Below, piece by piece: positions 15,015 through 30,085 of a stretch of 64,000 nucleotides of DNA. The translations under genes were made by a program, and so were the position numbers. This stretch comes from the human T2T-CHM13v2.0 reference genome, Homo sapiens. The stretch lies in NCBI RefSeq assembly GCF_009914755.1, contig NC_060930.1; one strand, written 5' to 3'. Numbering within the stretch: the stretch's first letter is position 1; every line of letters starts with the position of its first letter. The notes under the pieces were generated by a model. That model made no database searches and was not told the origin of the DNA. It saw nothing but the letters and a program-made list of their open reading frames with translations.

Positions 15015-16134
15015 TTATAAATTTTTTTGGTTACTATATTTCATGAAGTGTTTGGATAATTATCTGGAGGAATTTTCATTCTTTTGTCACTTAAAGGATG
15101 ATGGAAAATTGTTTAATATTTTAGCAATGTCATTAGAGTGTTTATATTTTTTCATAATCATAAGGATGTCTCAAGGGGTAAGTTATTTTTAAGAGTGCTG
15201 TAGAGGTGGGAATTTTTAAGATCTGGATGAATCTTTGCTTCAAGTAGCTTACAGATTGCTACTAAAACATTTATATGTATTTTATATGAGCAATAGATAT
15301 AATTTTGGAGGCTAATAAGGTAGATGGAAATAATATGTGAGGAAAGCTATAATGATTTCTGATGAATTAGACTTAAGAAGAATTCTAAAGTACACTTTAG
15401 ACTCTGAAGAGAGCTAATCTTCTTACAAAGGAAGATGGACAGTTCACGTATGGTTTAAAAGGGTATGATGCTATTAAAATTAATAAGAGAATTTAGCAAT
15501 ATCTCAGAATACAAAGGAAATATATAAAAATCAGGTGTATTCTCTATTTTAGAAACAAGCAATCAGAAAATAAATTTTAAACCATTATTTCAAAAATATC
15601 TATGAAAACAAGGAATGCTTAGTTATGTTTTTAAAAAATATATGCAAAAGATCTACAGATAGGAAATTACAATACATATCTGAGAAAATTTAAAGAAGAC
15701 CTAAATAAGCTGAAATATATACTATATTCATGGATTATATACTAAATATAAATAAATTGAAATATATACTATATTCATGGAAAGTTTGATGTTATTAAAG
15801 TGTAATTTCCTTCTAATTCATCTAGAAATAAAACACAATCTCAAAGTCCCAGAAGACTTTTGTGGAAATTAACATACTGATTCTGAAGTTCATAATAGAA
15901 GTGTGAAATGTTTCTAGAATAGCAAAAACAATTTTGAAAAGATAAAAAAGTCAAAATTAGAGAATTTATGCTACCAAATTTCAAAGTATAAAGCTACAAT
16001 AATCAAGACACCATGGTACTGGCATAAGTCTGAACATATTAATAAATGAAACAGAATATAAAGACCAGAAAGAGACATTCAAAGACAATCGGTTTTTGAA
16101 AATCCAGGAGAGTACTTTATGAAGAAAAAAATAA

Positions 16135-16547
<413 letters not shown>

Positions 16548-16559
16548 ATAAACTGTATC

Positions 16560-16790
16560 TTTAATAAAGCATAGGCCTAAACTAAAACTTCTTGAAAAAT
16601 ATATAGAATTTTTTTTTTTTTTAGCTAGGGATAGGAAGAGGGTGTTCACACAGAATTAAAATATAAATAAATATTTAATAAAGCATAGGCCTAAACTAAA
16701 ACTTCTTGAAAAATATGTAGGAGAAATTATTTTTTAGCTAGGAATAGGAAAAGGGTGTGTATACAGAATTGAAATATAAATACAGATATT
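16560..16790 (+). repeat. Tandem duplication, ~114-bp unit x2, within L1M
   Basis: tttaataaagcataggcctaaactaaaacttcttgaaaaatat at 16560 and 16674. Confidence 0.9.
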
Positions 16791-17494
16791 AAATACAAAA
16801 TATAAAATATAAAACCTAAATTTAAAAAATGGACAAATTGATAAAAGATACCTTAGCAAAATTAAAATATTTCCTCTGTAAAATATATGTTGGGAAGGGG
16901 CTTCAAGATGGCTGATTAGAGGCATCTGCTACTTGTCTCCTCCACAAAGAACCAAAACAGCAATTAGATAATAACACTTTGAATATATCCTCTAAGGGAA
17001 CACTAAAATTCAACAGAGAAGTGAAAGGGAAAAACCTAAGGGAAGGAAGGAGAGGGAAGTGAGAGAGCTTGCTAAACCAAGATCAACTGCAAGCCTGGAG
17101 ATGCTCCCCAATGTGGCTAAAGGGAAGGTGACGGATCCTTAGAGCTCCCTAATCCCAATGAAGAATCCTGCAATCCTATCCACAGGAAAGCCCTTCAACC
17201 TTCATGGGCCTTGAGACTAACATAAGGAGCTGTCTGGAGACTGCATGATGAAATTGCTCCAGAGAGGGAGATCACACTGGGCCGCACACACTCCTGAGTT
17301 TCAGGCAGCTACTGTATAGTGCCATTTTGTAAGCCCATCCCACACCAGACTGCATCAGGCCCTGGGCTCAACAGTCCTTGCATATTCTCATTCCTAGAGC
17401 CCCACCGACTTCCTACACTTACAGCCACCACCACAGCTGGCTGCTGTCACCCTGGCTGAAGCATGAGACATTGGCAGCAACCCAGCTGCCCCAA

Positions 17495-19766
17495 TGTATT
17501 AGTCTGTTCTCACACTGCTATGAAGACATACCTGGACTGGGTAATTTATTATAATCAAATAGGTTTAATTGACTCACAGTTCCCCATGGCTGTGGAAACC
17601 TCAGGAAAATTACAATGATGGTAGAAGGGGAAGCAGGCATGTCTTACATGGTGACAGACAAGAGGGAGCATGTGTGTAAGTGCAGGAAAAACTACGATTT
17701 ACAAAACCATCAGATCTCATGAGAATTCACTCACTATCACAAGAACAGCATGGGGGAATTTGCCCCCATAATCCAATCACTTCCCTCCCTTGACATTTGG
17801 GGATTATAAGTCCCTCCCGTAACATGTAGGGGTTAAAATTCGATATGAGATTTCGGTGGGGACACAGTCAAACTATATTATTTCACCCCCGGTCCCTCCC
17901 AAATCTCATGTCCTTTATATATTTCAAAACCAATCATGCCTTCCCAACAATCCCCCAAAGTCTTTACTCATTCCAGCATTAACTTGAAAGTCCAAGACCA
18001 AAGTCTCATCTGAAACAAGGCAAGTCCCTTTTACCTAGGAGCCTGTAAATTAAAAAACAAGTGAACTACTTCCAAGATACAATGGAGGTAAAGGCATTGG
18101 ATAATTGTTCCCATTCTAAATGGGAGAAATTGGCCAAAACAAAGGGGCTACAGGCCCAATGCAGGTTCAAAATCCAGCAGGGCAGTTACTAAATCTTAAA
18201 GCTCCAAAATAATCTCCTTTTACTCCATGTGTCACATCCAGGTAACACTGATGCAAGAGGTGGGCTCCCATGGCCTCGGGCAGCTCTGCTCCTGTGGCTT
18301 CGCAGGGTAATCCCTGCACCCTCATGTTGAGTGTCTGAAGCTTTTCTAGGCACATGGTGCAAGCTATTGGTGGATCTACCATTCTGGGATCAGGAGGATG
18401 GTGGCCCTCTTCTCACAGCTCCACTAGGCAGTGCCCCAGTGGGGACTCTGTGTAGGGGCTCCAACCCCGCATTTCCCTTCCACACTGCTCTAGCAGAGTT
18501 TCTCTATGAGGGTCCCACCCTGCAGCAGACCTCTGCCTGGACATCCGGGCATTTCCATACATACTCTGAAATCTAGGCAGACTTTCCCAAACCTCAATTC
18601 TTGTCCTCTGTGCACCCACAGGCCCAATAGCACATGGAAGTGGCCAAGGCTTGGGGCTTGCACCCTCTGAAGCGACAGCCTGAGCCGTAGGTCAGCCTCT
18701 TTTAGCCACAGCTGGGATACAGAGCACCAAGTTCTGAGGTTGCACAGAGCAGCAGTGGGGCCGTAGGCACAGCCCAGGAAACCATTTTTTTCCTCCTAGG
18801 CCTCCAGGTCTGTGATGGGAGGGGCTGCTGTGAAGGTCCCTGACATGCCCTGAGGACATTTTCCCTATTGTCTTGTGGATTAACATTTGGCTCTTCTTAT
18901 TTATGCAAACTTATGCAGTGGGTTTGAATTCCTTTCCAGGAAATGGGTTTTTCTTTTCTACTATATTGTCAGGCTGCAAATTTTCCAAACTTTTATGTTC
19001 CGCTTCTTGTTTAAACATAAGTTCTAATTTCAGATCATCTCTCTCAAGTTAACAGTTGCACAGATCTCAAGGGCAGGGGCACAATGACACCAGTCTCTTT
19101 GCTAAAGCATAGCAAGAGTGACCTTTACTCCTGTTTCCAGTAAGTTCCTCCTCTTCATCTGAGACCACCTCTGCCTGCACTTCATTGTCCATATCATTAT
19201 CAGCAGTTTGGTAAAAACCATTTGACAAGTCTTTAGGAAGTTTCAAACTTTCCCACATCTTCCTGCCTTCTTTTGAGCCCTCCAAACGATTCCAGCCTCT
19301 GCGTGTTACCCAGTTCCAAAGTTGCTTCCACATTTTCAAGTATTCTTATAGCAGTGTCCCACTCCCAGTACCAATTTACTGTATTAGCCTGTTCTCACAC
19401 TGCTGTAAAGATATATCCAAGACTGTGTAATTTATAAAGAAAAGAGGTTTAATTGACTCTCAGTTTCTCATGGCTGGAGAGGCCTCGGGAAACCTAGAAT
19501 CATGGCGGAAGTAGAAGCAGGCATGTCTTACATTGTGGCAGGCGAGAGAGAGCACAGGTGTGACTGCAGGAAAAACTTCCATTTATAAAACCACTAGATC
19601 TTGTAAGAATTTGCTCAGTCTCACAGAAACAGCATGGGGGAAACCACCCTGATAATCTAATCACTTGCCTCGCTTGACATGTGGGGATTATATGCCCCTC
19701 CCTCAACATGTAGGGGTTACAATTTGCGATGAGATTTGGGTGGTGACACAGAGTCAAACCATATCA
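17495..19766 (-). mobile_element. Complete THE1D/MSTA-type MaLR provirus (LTR 17495-17880, internal 17881-19379, LTR 19380-19766)
   Basis: Two LTRs 'tgtattag...atat(t/c)a' flanking a THE1/MST-type internal region; TSD cccaa/cctaa. Confidence 0.92.
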
Positions 19767-21273
19767 CCTAAGCAGTGAAACTGCCACATTTTTATAAGCA
19801 CTCAAGGACAGGCTGCACTACCCACAGTTGTGATTGGGGTCAAAATACATGCTCTCCAACTGCCTACCTAGAGCTGGTGCCACTGAAGGTAACCCTGCCC
19901 TCCCCAGCAGCTCTTGTACCCAACTTGAGCATTCTGCTGGGGGTCTTGGGATCACCCTGTGACTGCCAGCCACAGCCAGCACCTGCATGAACCATGGGGA
20001 GGTGGGGCTGAGAACAGGACTGACCAGCCTACCTCACTTCCTTCAGTGATTAATATGCCATCCAGTGCCCTGGGGATCTTCCAGCCCCTTCTACTACTTA
20101 CTGTTGGCACCTGAGCACTACTTCTGGGGACCTGAAGTTGGGTTGAGTTGACCTGCCACTACCACTTCAGCAGGTACCCACCTACACCCACTGCCTGTGG
20201 GCCTGGAGACTTTCCTGATTATCCCATCACAGCCATCACTTTCCTGATTATCCCATGATCACCAACAACCATCACTGAAATGGTGCTGACCATTGCACAC
20301 CCAGAGGTTTGTCTCACCAATTTTACAGAAATCACCCAGGCCACACCCACTGCCAGGGGATAGCAGACCTGCCTAACCATCTGGCCCACCACTATCACTG
20401 CCAGCAATCAAACAAGCTATAGTCTGGAAGCCCAAGAATCAGTATATTTAGATCTGCTAATAGTGGTGTAAACCACCTTGGGCCCCAAAAGCAGGCATAT
20501 GTGGCCCTCTGCTGCCACCACTGGTCCCTGAGGACTGGCTCACCTGGTATCCCTATTCCCAGCAAAACTTCACCATAGCCTCCACTAACAGCAGCACCTT
20601 ACATCATTGAGGAAATCACAGACACCACTGACATAATACTGTTTACAGTCAAATAAATCATATAGAGACCACACTCTATACACATCCAGAATCAAAGCCA
20701 AAGTGCCCTACTCAATTAACACCATAGATACATCTTCAGGAAAAAGCTCTCCCCTATGATAGCACATTAAAAAAGTGGAAGAAGCAACTGTTACACTACA
20801 TGCATAGATATCAATGTAAGAATACAAGAAAAATGTAAAAGCATGGAAATGTAACACCTTCAAAAGAACGAAATAATTTTCCAACAACAGATTCCAAAAA
20901 TAAAGAAATTTTTGAAACCACAGAAAAAGAATTCAGAAAAATGATATTTTAAAAGTTCAGTGAAATACAAGAGAGCACAGATGAATAAGACCAATAGATC
21001 AGAAAAACAGTTCAGTATATGAATGAGAAATTTACCAAAGATATATATATATAGATAGATTATATAGATATATACAGATATAACAGAACCAATCAAAAAT
21101 TTTGAAACTGAAGCAGTCATTAAAAAAAATACAAAATGCCTCTGAAAGCTTTCAAAAATAGACTAGATCAAGTGGAAGGAATTTCAGAATGTGAAGATAT
21201 GTCTTTTGAAGTAACCCATTCAGACCAAAATAAAGAAATAGAATACAGCAAAGCGTACATGACATGTAGGACA

Positions 21274-21631
21274 TAATATGGTTTGGCTCTGTGTCCCCAC
21301 CAAAATCTCATCTCAAATTTTAATTCCCATCTATCAAGGGAGGGATTTGGTGGGAGGTGATTGGACCATGAGGGTGCTTTCCCCCATGCTGTTCCCATGA
21401 TAGTGAGTTCTCACAGAGCTGATGGTTTAAAAGTGTTCAGCTATTCCCCTGGCTGTCTCTCCTGCTGCCTTGTAAAGAAGGTGCTTGCTTCTCCTTCACC
21501 TTCTGCCGTAATTGTTAGTTTCCTTAGGCCTACCCAGCCATGTGGAACTTTGAGTCAATTAAACCTCTTTCCTTTATAAATCACCCAGTCTTGGGTAGTT
21601 CTTTATATCAGTGTGAAAACAGAATAATACA
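21274..21631 (+). mobile_element. THE1D/MSTA solo LTR
   Basis: 'taatatggtttggctctgtgtcccc...aataca'; perfect 5-bp TSD ggaca. Confidence 0.92.
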
Positions 21632-23465
21632 GGACACCATAAAGCAACTAAATATTTGATTTTTCAGTCTCCCAGAAGGTGAAGAGAAAACAAGGATTGA
21701 CAACTATTTAAGAAAATAATAACTGAAAACCTCCCAAATCTAGGAAGAGCCTTAGACATCCAGATACAGCAAGCTCATAGATCTCCAAAGAGATACAATT
21801 CAAAAGGTTTTCTCCACAGCATATGATAGTCAAACTGTCAAAGATAAAAAGCAAATGATAAATCATAAACATAGCAAGAGGAAACATCTAATAATCTATA
21901 AAGGAAACTTCATCTGGTGAACAATAGACTTCTCAGCAGAAAGTTTACAGACCAAAAGAAAATAGAACAATATATTAAAAGTGCTACAGTCAAAACAAAA
22001 ATCTGTTAGCCAAGAATACTCTCTGCAGCAAAATTATGCTTTATAAATGAAATATAAAGTCTTTTTTAGACAAGCAAATGCTAAGGGAATTCATTACCTC
22101 TAGACTGCCCCTACAAGAAACGCTTAAGAGAGTCCTAAATCTGGAAGTGAAATGATAACATCTACTATTATTAAAAATACACAAATCTATAAAACCTACT
22201 GGTAGTGCAAACACACTAATATTACCACTGCAGAAAACCAACAAACCACAATGATAAACAATATGAGAGAAAAAAAAGGGGAAATACAAAACAACCGGAA
22301 ACCAATTAATGAAATTACAGGAATAAGCCCTCACATATTAATAATAACCATGAGCTATAGTAATCAAAACAGTATGGTATTCGTATAAAAAGACACAGAG
22401 ACCAATGGCATAGAATAGTGACTCCAGAAATCACATATTTAGAGACAATTGATTTTGGACAAAACCACCTAGAAGATACATTGGGGAAAGAACCCCCTTC
22501 TCAATAAATGGTGCTGGGAAAACTGGATAACCATACACAGAAAAATAAAACTGGAATCCTATCTCCCAACATATGCAAAAGTCAAGATGAATTAAAGACT
22601 TTAACACAAAATCTGAAACATAAAACTACTGGAAGAAAACAGGTAAACTCTTTAGGACATCAGCCTAAGCAAAGATTTAATGGCTAAAACCTCAAAGGTA
22701 CAGGAAATAAAACAAAAACTAGACCAATAGGAGTGTATTAAACTAAAAAAAAACTTCTCCGCAGCAAAATAAACAACCAAAAGATTGAAGGAACAACCTC
22801 TTGAATAGGAGGAAATATTTCCAAATTATTCATCTAACAAGGGACTAATATCCAGGACATACAAATAATGCAAACAACTAAAGGGTGACAAAACAACAAC
22901 AAATAATGCCATTACAAAATGGGCAAAGGATATGAATAGACATTTCTCAAAAGAAGACCTACAAATGGACAATAAATATACTTAAAATTACTCAACATTT
23001 CAAATCATCAGGAAATGCAAATTAAACCCACAATACAACATTATCCCAGTTAGAATGGCTATTATTAAAAAGGCAAAAAATAACAGATGCTGGCAAGGAT
23101 GTAGATAAAAAAAATCCCTATATGCTGTCGGGGGGAATGTAAATTAGAACACTATAAAAAATAGTATGGAGATTCTCAAAAAACTAAAAATAGATCTATC
23201 ATACAATCCAGCAATCCTCTACAGAGAAATTATCCCAATGAAAAGAAGTAAGTATATTAAAGAGATACTTGGTTCAAGATGGCTAACTGGAGACATCTGA
23301 CATCCATCCTCTCCAGAAAGAAGAACAAATTTTATGAATAGATAATCATACCTCAAATAGGACATCCAGTAGAGAACATTTGAGTCCAACAGAGAACTCA
23401 CAGGAAAAAACCTGTGGCACAGAAGAAGAAAGAAAGAAGTGGTTAGTTCCCATTTAGAGGTTGAG

Positions 23466-23661
23466 ATTTCCTCCCATTCAAGAGGTTGTTCCTTCAATCT
23501 ATTGGTTGTTTCTTTTGCTGTGGAGAAGTTTTCTTTAGTTTAATATAGTCCTGTTTGTCTATGTTTTTGTTTCATTTCCTGTGCTTTTGAGGTCTTACCC
23601 ATTAAATCTTTGCTTAGGCTGATGTCCTAAAGAGTTTCCCTGTTTTCTTCCAGTAGTTTTA
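23466..23661 (-). repeat. Inverted copy of 22621-22816 (L1 ORF2 segment)
   Basis: Reverse complement aligns colinearly with 22621-22816. Confidence 0.9.
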
Positions 23662-26158
23662 AGATCAGCTGGAAGCCCTAAGGAGCTTGTTTTTGTGGGA
23701 AAAGGGTAAGCAAGAGAGCTTCAGTGGTTCACATTTTCAATGCGAACTGTCGTGATCCAAACCATGGAAAAGCATCTCTAGCCCAACAAACCCTGACAGT
23801 GATGTGGATGATGATTTGAAGACCCAGTGAGAGCACTGCAGAAGACAGGGAACTCATGCTGGGTCACAAAACACAACCCCCTCTCCCCATGGCACCAAGA
23901 CCTGAGAGGCTGTGCCAGTGTGATACTTGGGAGTACAGCCATCATAGGACTACATCCAGCCCTGGGAACCACTATCCCCATATCTCCACATCTTGGAAGC
24001 TCCCACTGGTATTCCTCACTGTCCACCCAGAAGGCTGCCACAGCACAATGCTGGCTAGACCCAAAGGTGCTGCAGGGACTCCACTACTATAGCCCACAGG
24101 GATTACTACTCTCTGGGGAAAGGATGGTGCATCATAACAAAAAAGGCAGCCCCTGAGACATAAAAAAAAAAAAAAGCACATGCTTCCCAGTTCCTGAAAG
24201 CTCCCCATCCAGGCCTGTTTGAAGTGTCCATACCCCAGCAGTGCCACAAAACACCACTCTCTCTGGTGGCACAAACTCTGTGCTTGGCTTTGAAAACAGA
24301 GGGGAAAACCCCCTCTGAGTGGAGAAGCAAACTGTGTGCTCAGGCTTCCATATAGAGTGTGATCTCTCCTACCCATCTGCATGCCCACTACTGCTGTCAC
24401 TATAGGCTAGGGCAAGCGAGCTGGAAGGCTGCCTTTTTGAGGTTGTGAGTGGAGATTGAGACTTACTGGTCATTGGCCTTATTATCCAGGCTCAGGTGCA
24501 AAAGAGCAGGGTTCTTCCCACACTTTTCTCTGTGCTGTGACACTGCTGCTGCAGAGCACAGAAGATCTGAGAGTAGTGCATCTGCATCTGTGTGGGGCAA
24601 CTCTGTTCTACAGCCACCAACAACACCAATTCACCCTGCTTGGGACCCAGAGGGTTGTCCCACCACTGCTACTGCCACCATGCCCATAATGCCAGCTTCC
24701 AAGAAACCGAAGAACCTTCTGAGCCACCTAGCACACTGTGAAAACCACCAGCCCAAGAACTGACCTACTGGTAACTGTCAACCCAGGTGCCTACCTACAC
24801 TGCCTTGGGGCACAAAGATAGGCATGCTCAATCCACCACTGCCAATACTGGGGCCTAAAGACTGGCCCATCTGACATCCAAGTCCCCAGCACAACTTCAC
24901 CACAGCCTCCACTAATATCCCTACCCTTACTGTCCAATGAATCACAACACTAACACTATTTTTAGCCAAAGAAATCACATAGACACATGAGTGCATGCAC
25001 CCTGAATTACAGTCAAAGTCCCTCACCTAACCAACATCACAGATACATACACAGAAAAAATTCCTCTCTACAAAAGTAAATTCAAGATCAGGAAGAAATG
25101 ACTATTACACCAGACTTGGAGATTTCAATGTAAAAACATAGAAAACATAACAAAGCAAGAAAATATGACACCTACAAAGGAATACAATAATTCTCCAGCA
25201 ACACATCTTAATCAAATAATTTTTTTTGAAATCCTAGAATTCAAATAATTCAAAATATTGATTTTTAAAATGCTCAGAGATAAAAGAGAATCCTGAAAAA
25301 CAATACAAAAAAAAAGCAGAAAGCAATTCAGAATATGAATGAGAGATTTACCAAACAGATAGATACTTTTTAAAAAGAACCAAATAGAAATTCTGGAAAT
25401 GAACAATTTATTGAGGGAAATACAAAATACATTGGAAATCTTCAACAACAGACTAGAATATACAGAATAAAGAATCTCATAACATGTAGATAGTTCATTT
25501 GAAATGAATATAGTCAGACAAAAATAAAGAGAAAAATTAAAAAGAATGAGCAACATCTTTGCGACATTTGGGACAACATAAAACAGTTGAATATTGTTTT
25601 ATATTAAGGCATATGAAATATGAAACAGGCATACGAAAAGTTACTCAAATTATTGACATTCCCAAAGGCAAGGAGACTAAGAAATGTATAGAAAATCTAT
25701 ATAACAAAATAATAGATGGAAACTTCCTACATCTGGAAATAAATTTAGACATTTCTATACAGGGACCTTAGCAATCCTCAGGCAGATATGCTGCAAAAAT
25801 GTTTTCCCCATGGCACATTATAGTCAGAATGTCTAAATTCAAAAATAAAGAGCAAATTCTAAAAACAACAAAGGTGTCTACCTATAAAGGAAACCTCATC
25901 AGACGAACAATAGATTTTTCAGTAGCTATTTTACAGACCAGAAGAGAATGGGATGATATATTTCAAGTGCTGAAAGAAAAAAAAATAAAAACCCACCTGT
26001 CAGACAAGAATACTGTATCCAGCAAAAATACACTTTAGAGAAATAAAGTCTTTCCCAGAAAAGCAAATGCTAAGGGAATTCTTTACCACTAGACCAATCC
26101 TACAAGAAATGAACAAGGGAGTCTTAATCCTGGGAACTAAAGAATGACAATTACCATC

Positions 26159-26578
26159 TCTATTAGTCTGTTTTGAATTTCTATAAGAAAATATCTCAGA
26201 CTGAGTAATTTATAAAGAAAAGATGTTAATTTGACTAATCGTTCTGAAGATTGTACAAGATATACAGTGCTGGCATTTGCTCTGGAGAGGGCCTCAGGAA
26301 ACCTAGATCACAGCAGAAGGCAAAGGGGGAGTGAGTGTGTCACAATGCATGACAGGAAGCAAGAGAGAAGAGAGGAAGACATCGCACTCTTTTCAACAAC
26401 CAGTTCTCACATGAATTAATAGAATGAAAACTCATTACCATGAAGAGGGCAACAAATATTCATGACGAAGAAGAATCCATTCCCATCACCCAAACCCCTC
26501 CCACTAGACCTCACCTCCAACACTGGGGATTATATTTTAACATTAGCTTCGGAGGGCAAAGGCATCCAAACTATATCA
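26159..26578 (-). mobile_element. MSTA/MSTB solo LTR
   Basis: 'tattagtctgtttt...gactgagtaatttataaag...catccaaactatatca'; TSD ccatc/acatc. Confidence 0.88.
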
Positions 26579-26829
26579 ACATCATGAAAACATAGGAAAG
26601 TATAAAATTCACTGGCAAAGGAATTACAAAAAGGTGGAAGGGAAAAGACTCAAATGGAACCACTACAGAAATCCACCAAACTAAAATGAAAATCAGTGAG
26701 AAAAAGAAACAAAGAATATATACAATAACCTGAACTATGACAGGAACAAAGCCTCACATATCAATAACCTTGAACATGAATGGATTAAATTATGCACTCA
26801 AAAGGTACAGAATTGTTGAATGGATTTTA

Positions 26830-27138
<309 letters not shown>

Positions 27139-30085
27139 TGGATTTTAAAAATTACAAAAAAAAATCATGATTCAAATATTTGCTGCTTACAAGAAATTCA
27201 CCTTACCTGTAAAGACATATAAACTGAAAGTAAAGAGATGCACAAGCACAGGCAACCAAGGCAAAAATGGACAAATGGGATCACATCCAGTTAAACAGTT
27301 TCTGCACAACAAAGAAAACAGTCCACAAGGTGAAGGGACAACCCACAGAATGAGAGAAAATGTTTGCAAACTGCCCGTCTGACAAGGGATTAATAACCAG
27401 AATACATAAGGAGTTCACATAACTGTATAGGAAACAATCTAATCTGATGAAAAAAATGGCAAAATATTTGACTAGCCATTTGTCAAAAGGAGACATACCA
27501 AGGGCAAGCAGGCATATGAAAAGCTGCTCAGCAACATTGATCATCAGAAAACTTCAAATCAAAACTACAACGAGATATTATCACATCACAGTTAATGTGG
27601 ATTTTATCCAAAAGACAAGAAATAACAAATGGTGGAGAGGATGTGGAGAAAAGGAACACTTGTACCCTGTTGGCAGGAATGTAAATTAGTACAGTCACTG
27701 TAGAGAGCAGTTTGGAACTTCCTCAAAAAACTAAAAATAGGGCTAGCATATGTTCCAGCAATCCCACTCCTAGTTACATACCCAAAAGAAAGAAAATAAG
27801 CATATGGATGAGATATCTGCACTCCCATGTTTATTGCAGCACTATTCACAATAGTCAAGATTTGAAAGCAATCTAAGTGACTATCAACAAATGAATTAAT
27901 AAAGAAAATATGGTACATAGACACAAGGGAGTACTCTTCAGCCATAAAAAAGAATGAGATACTATCATGTGTAACAACATAGATGGAACTAGAGGCCATT
28001 AATTGAAATAAACCAGGCACAGAAAGACAAACTTTGCATTTTTTCACTTACTTGTGGGAGGTAAAAAACAAAGCAAAACAACACTAAATTTTTATAAAAC
28101 TCTAGAATGGACAAATTTAACTAATTAGGAGTATGGTGGCTACCTAGGACAAAAAATGCAGAGGATTAGGGTAGAGCAAAAGAAACAAGAAGAGATTTTG
28201 CCTTCTCTGATATGATTCAGGGTTTCTTATCAGGCAAATATTATCTGCCAGACTCTCTCATCGTTTAGGATGAGAAGTCTCATTCTCAGGAAGTCTCTGA
28301 TACATTAATTAATCTGCTGCTATATAAGCTTTCTAGACATATCATAGATGAGTTTTAATTTCAGCAGTGAATGCACATTTAGTTCAAATTGGTAGAACAG
28401 CGATCTACCTACCTAATAGCATTTTAATTAAAGGAAACATCCCAGGATAGCTTGAGCATTAGAGTGCAAGGAAACTTATCACATAGTAGGGAGACAAATT
28501 CCAGTGAAAAAAAGACTATGAGCAAAGAAATTCGTATTATACAAAGGACAGTGTTAGCACATAGACGCTATTTACTCTATTAAAGGAAGTAAACTGTTAT
28601 TGCAACCACATTCACATTTTAATACTCAAACCTGACATTCATTGATACTGTAACATAAATTTATGTCATAAAAATGAAAGTTCTTGAAATGTTGCAGTTT
28701 ATATGTGAAGAGTAACTTCTGTCTTAATCTCTATGGTATGATTTCTATTGTTTATGTCTATAGTTGATATTAGTAGATTTTCTTGGATAGAATTTACAGT
28801 AGATCCTTGAATGCATAAAATCATTAGAATAACTCTACCTGGAATAACCTGAAATCACATGTCTGCAATAAGATATTCAAATAAATAAAAGTTATATTTA
28901 AATTCACAAATGCAAATCTATGTAAACAATATTAATATATCACAGGATTTCTGTAGTAAGTACCAAGTAAAACTTTTTCTGCCATAATGTACCTTCTAAA
29001 CCTTTTCTCTGGTACCCCAAATTCGATAAAAGTGCATGTATCTCCTCATTTTCTTTCTGAAATTTCTTTATTGTCTAATTTTATCCTTATTGTCAATATT
29101 ATTACCTTACCATTTTGCTAATTTTGATTTAAGCCACCTTTTATTTTCTAATTTCTATTGTTTTAGTTTCACATATATTAACTTTCCTCTTTATCTTATT
29201 ATCATCAGTAAAGCACTCATTATGATATTCTTACCTTCACATAATTAGCTCTCAAAATTCCCCTTGTCTGGCCATTTCTAGCTATTGCTTGCCCTTAACT
29301 CTATTCACAGTTATTTTGTATGTTCATTGTTTTGACCCAATTATTCTTCTTCCTGAAATTCTATCAATGGCAAATTGTTGTCATTTAAATTAAGTGCAAT
29401 CTTCTGTCAGTAAATGTAAAGAAACTTCTGCACTCTAATACTTTATATCCTATGCCATATTTAACTTTTAAAAAATAAATCCTACTTCATACACAACTCA
29501 CCATGAGGCTTCTTTTGAAGGCAAGCACTCATGAGCTGTCTCCTCATCCATCTGGGTCTCCTCCTTTGGGAAGTCATTCCTCATTAGGGCTAATTCCTCA
29601 TAACATAGACACAGTAAATGGACAGTGCTGATTTGGTCTGTTCAGACTTTGGCTTTCCTTGGCAGCCCTGACAGAAATTCAAACTTTAAGCAGCCTGAGA
29701 AAAGCATAAGCAGCAATTTGCAGTTCAATCTGGAAGTAGATTAGAGATTGCTGGAAAAAAAAAAAAAAACTCCTTCTTTAAGACTTGCTCATATTAAGAC
29801 AAAAAGATTAGGTCACTTATAAACTTTTGGTTCTGATTTTTTTTCAGTGTATATACAATCTTAAAGGCAATGGCCTGATTAATTGGGTGTGGCTTTCTTT
29901 TTTCTATTTGTCCCCTTTTTCACCCTATAGCCATTTCTCATCTTTATTCAACAAAACATGGACTAAAAATGTGGCTTTTGTACTGTGCCTAGATGTATTC
30001 CTGTTTCATTTCCTAAGGAGTGGAAGAATTTTGAAAGCATTTGATATACTTTCCTTTCTCTTCCTGTCATAAATGCAATCATACC

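Larger units (their letters stand above)
16891..23269 (+). mobile_element. L1M/L1MA element: 5'UTR + ORF1 + late ORF2, most of ORF2 deleted; hosts two MaLR insertions
   Basis: 5' 'cttcaagatggctga', long C-rich 5'UTR, ORF1 remnant ~20800-22150, jump at ~22353 from ORF2 start to late ORF2. Confidence 0.8.

Noticed and set aside
22340-22365. Spliced-L1 junction
   Set aside because: Near a possible GTAAAT donor in the consensus, but the observed junction does not match an exact GT-AG join.
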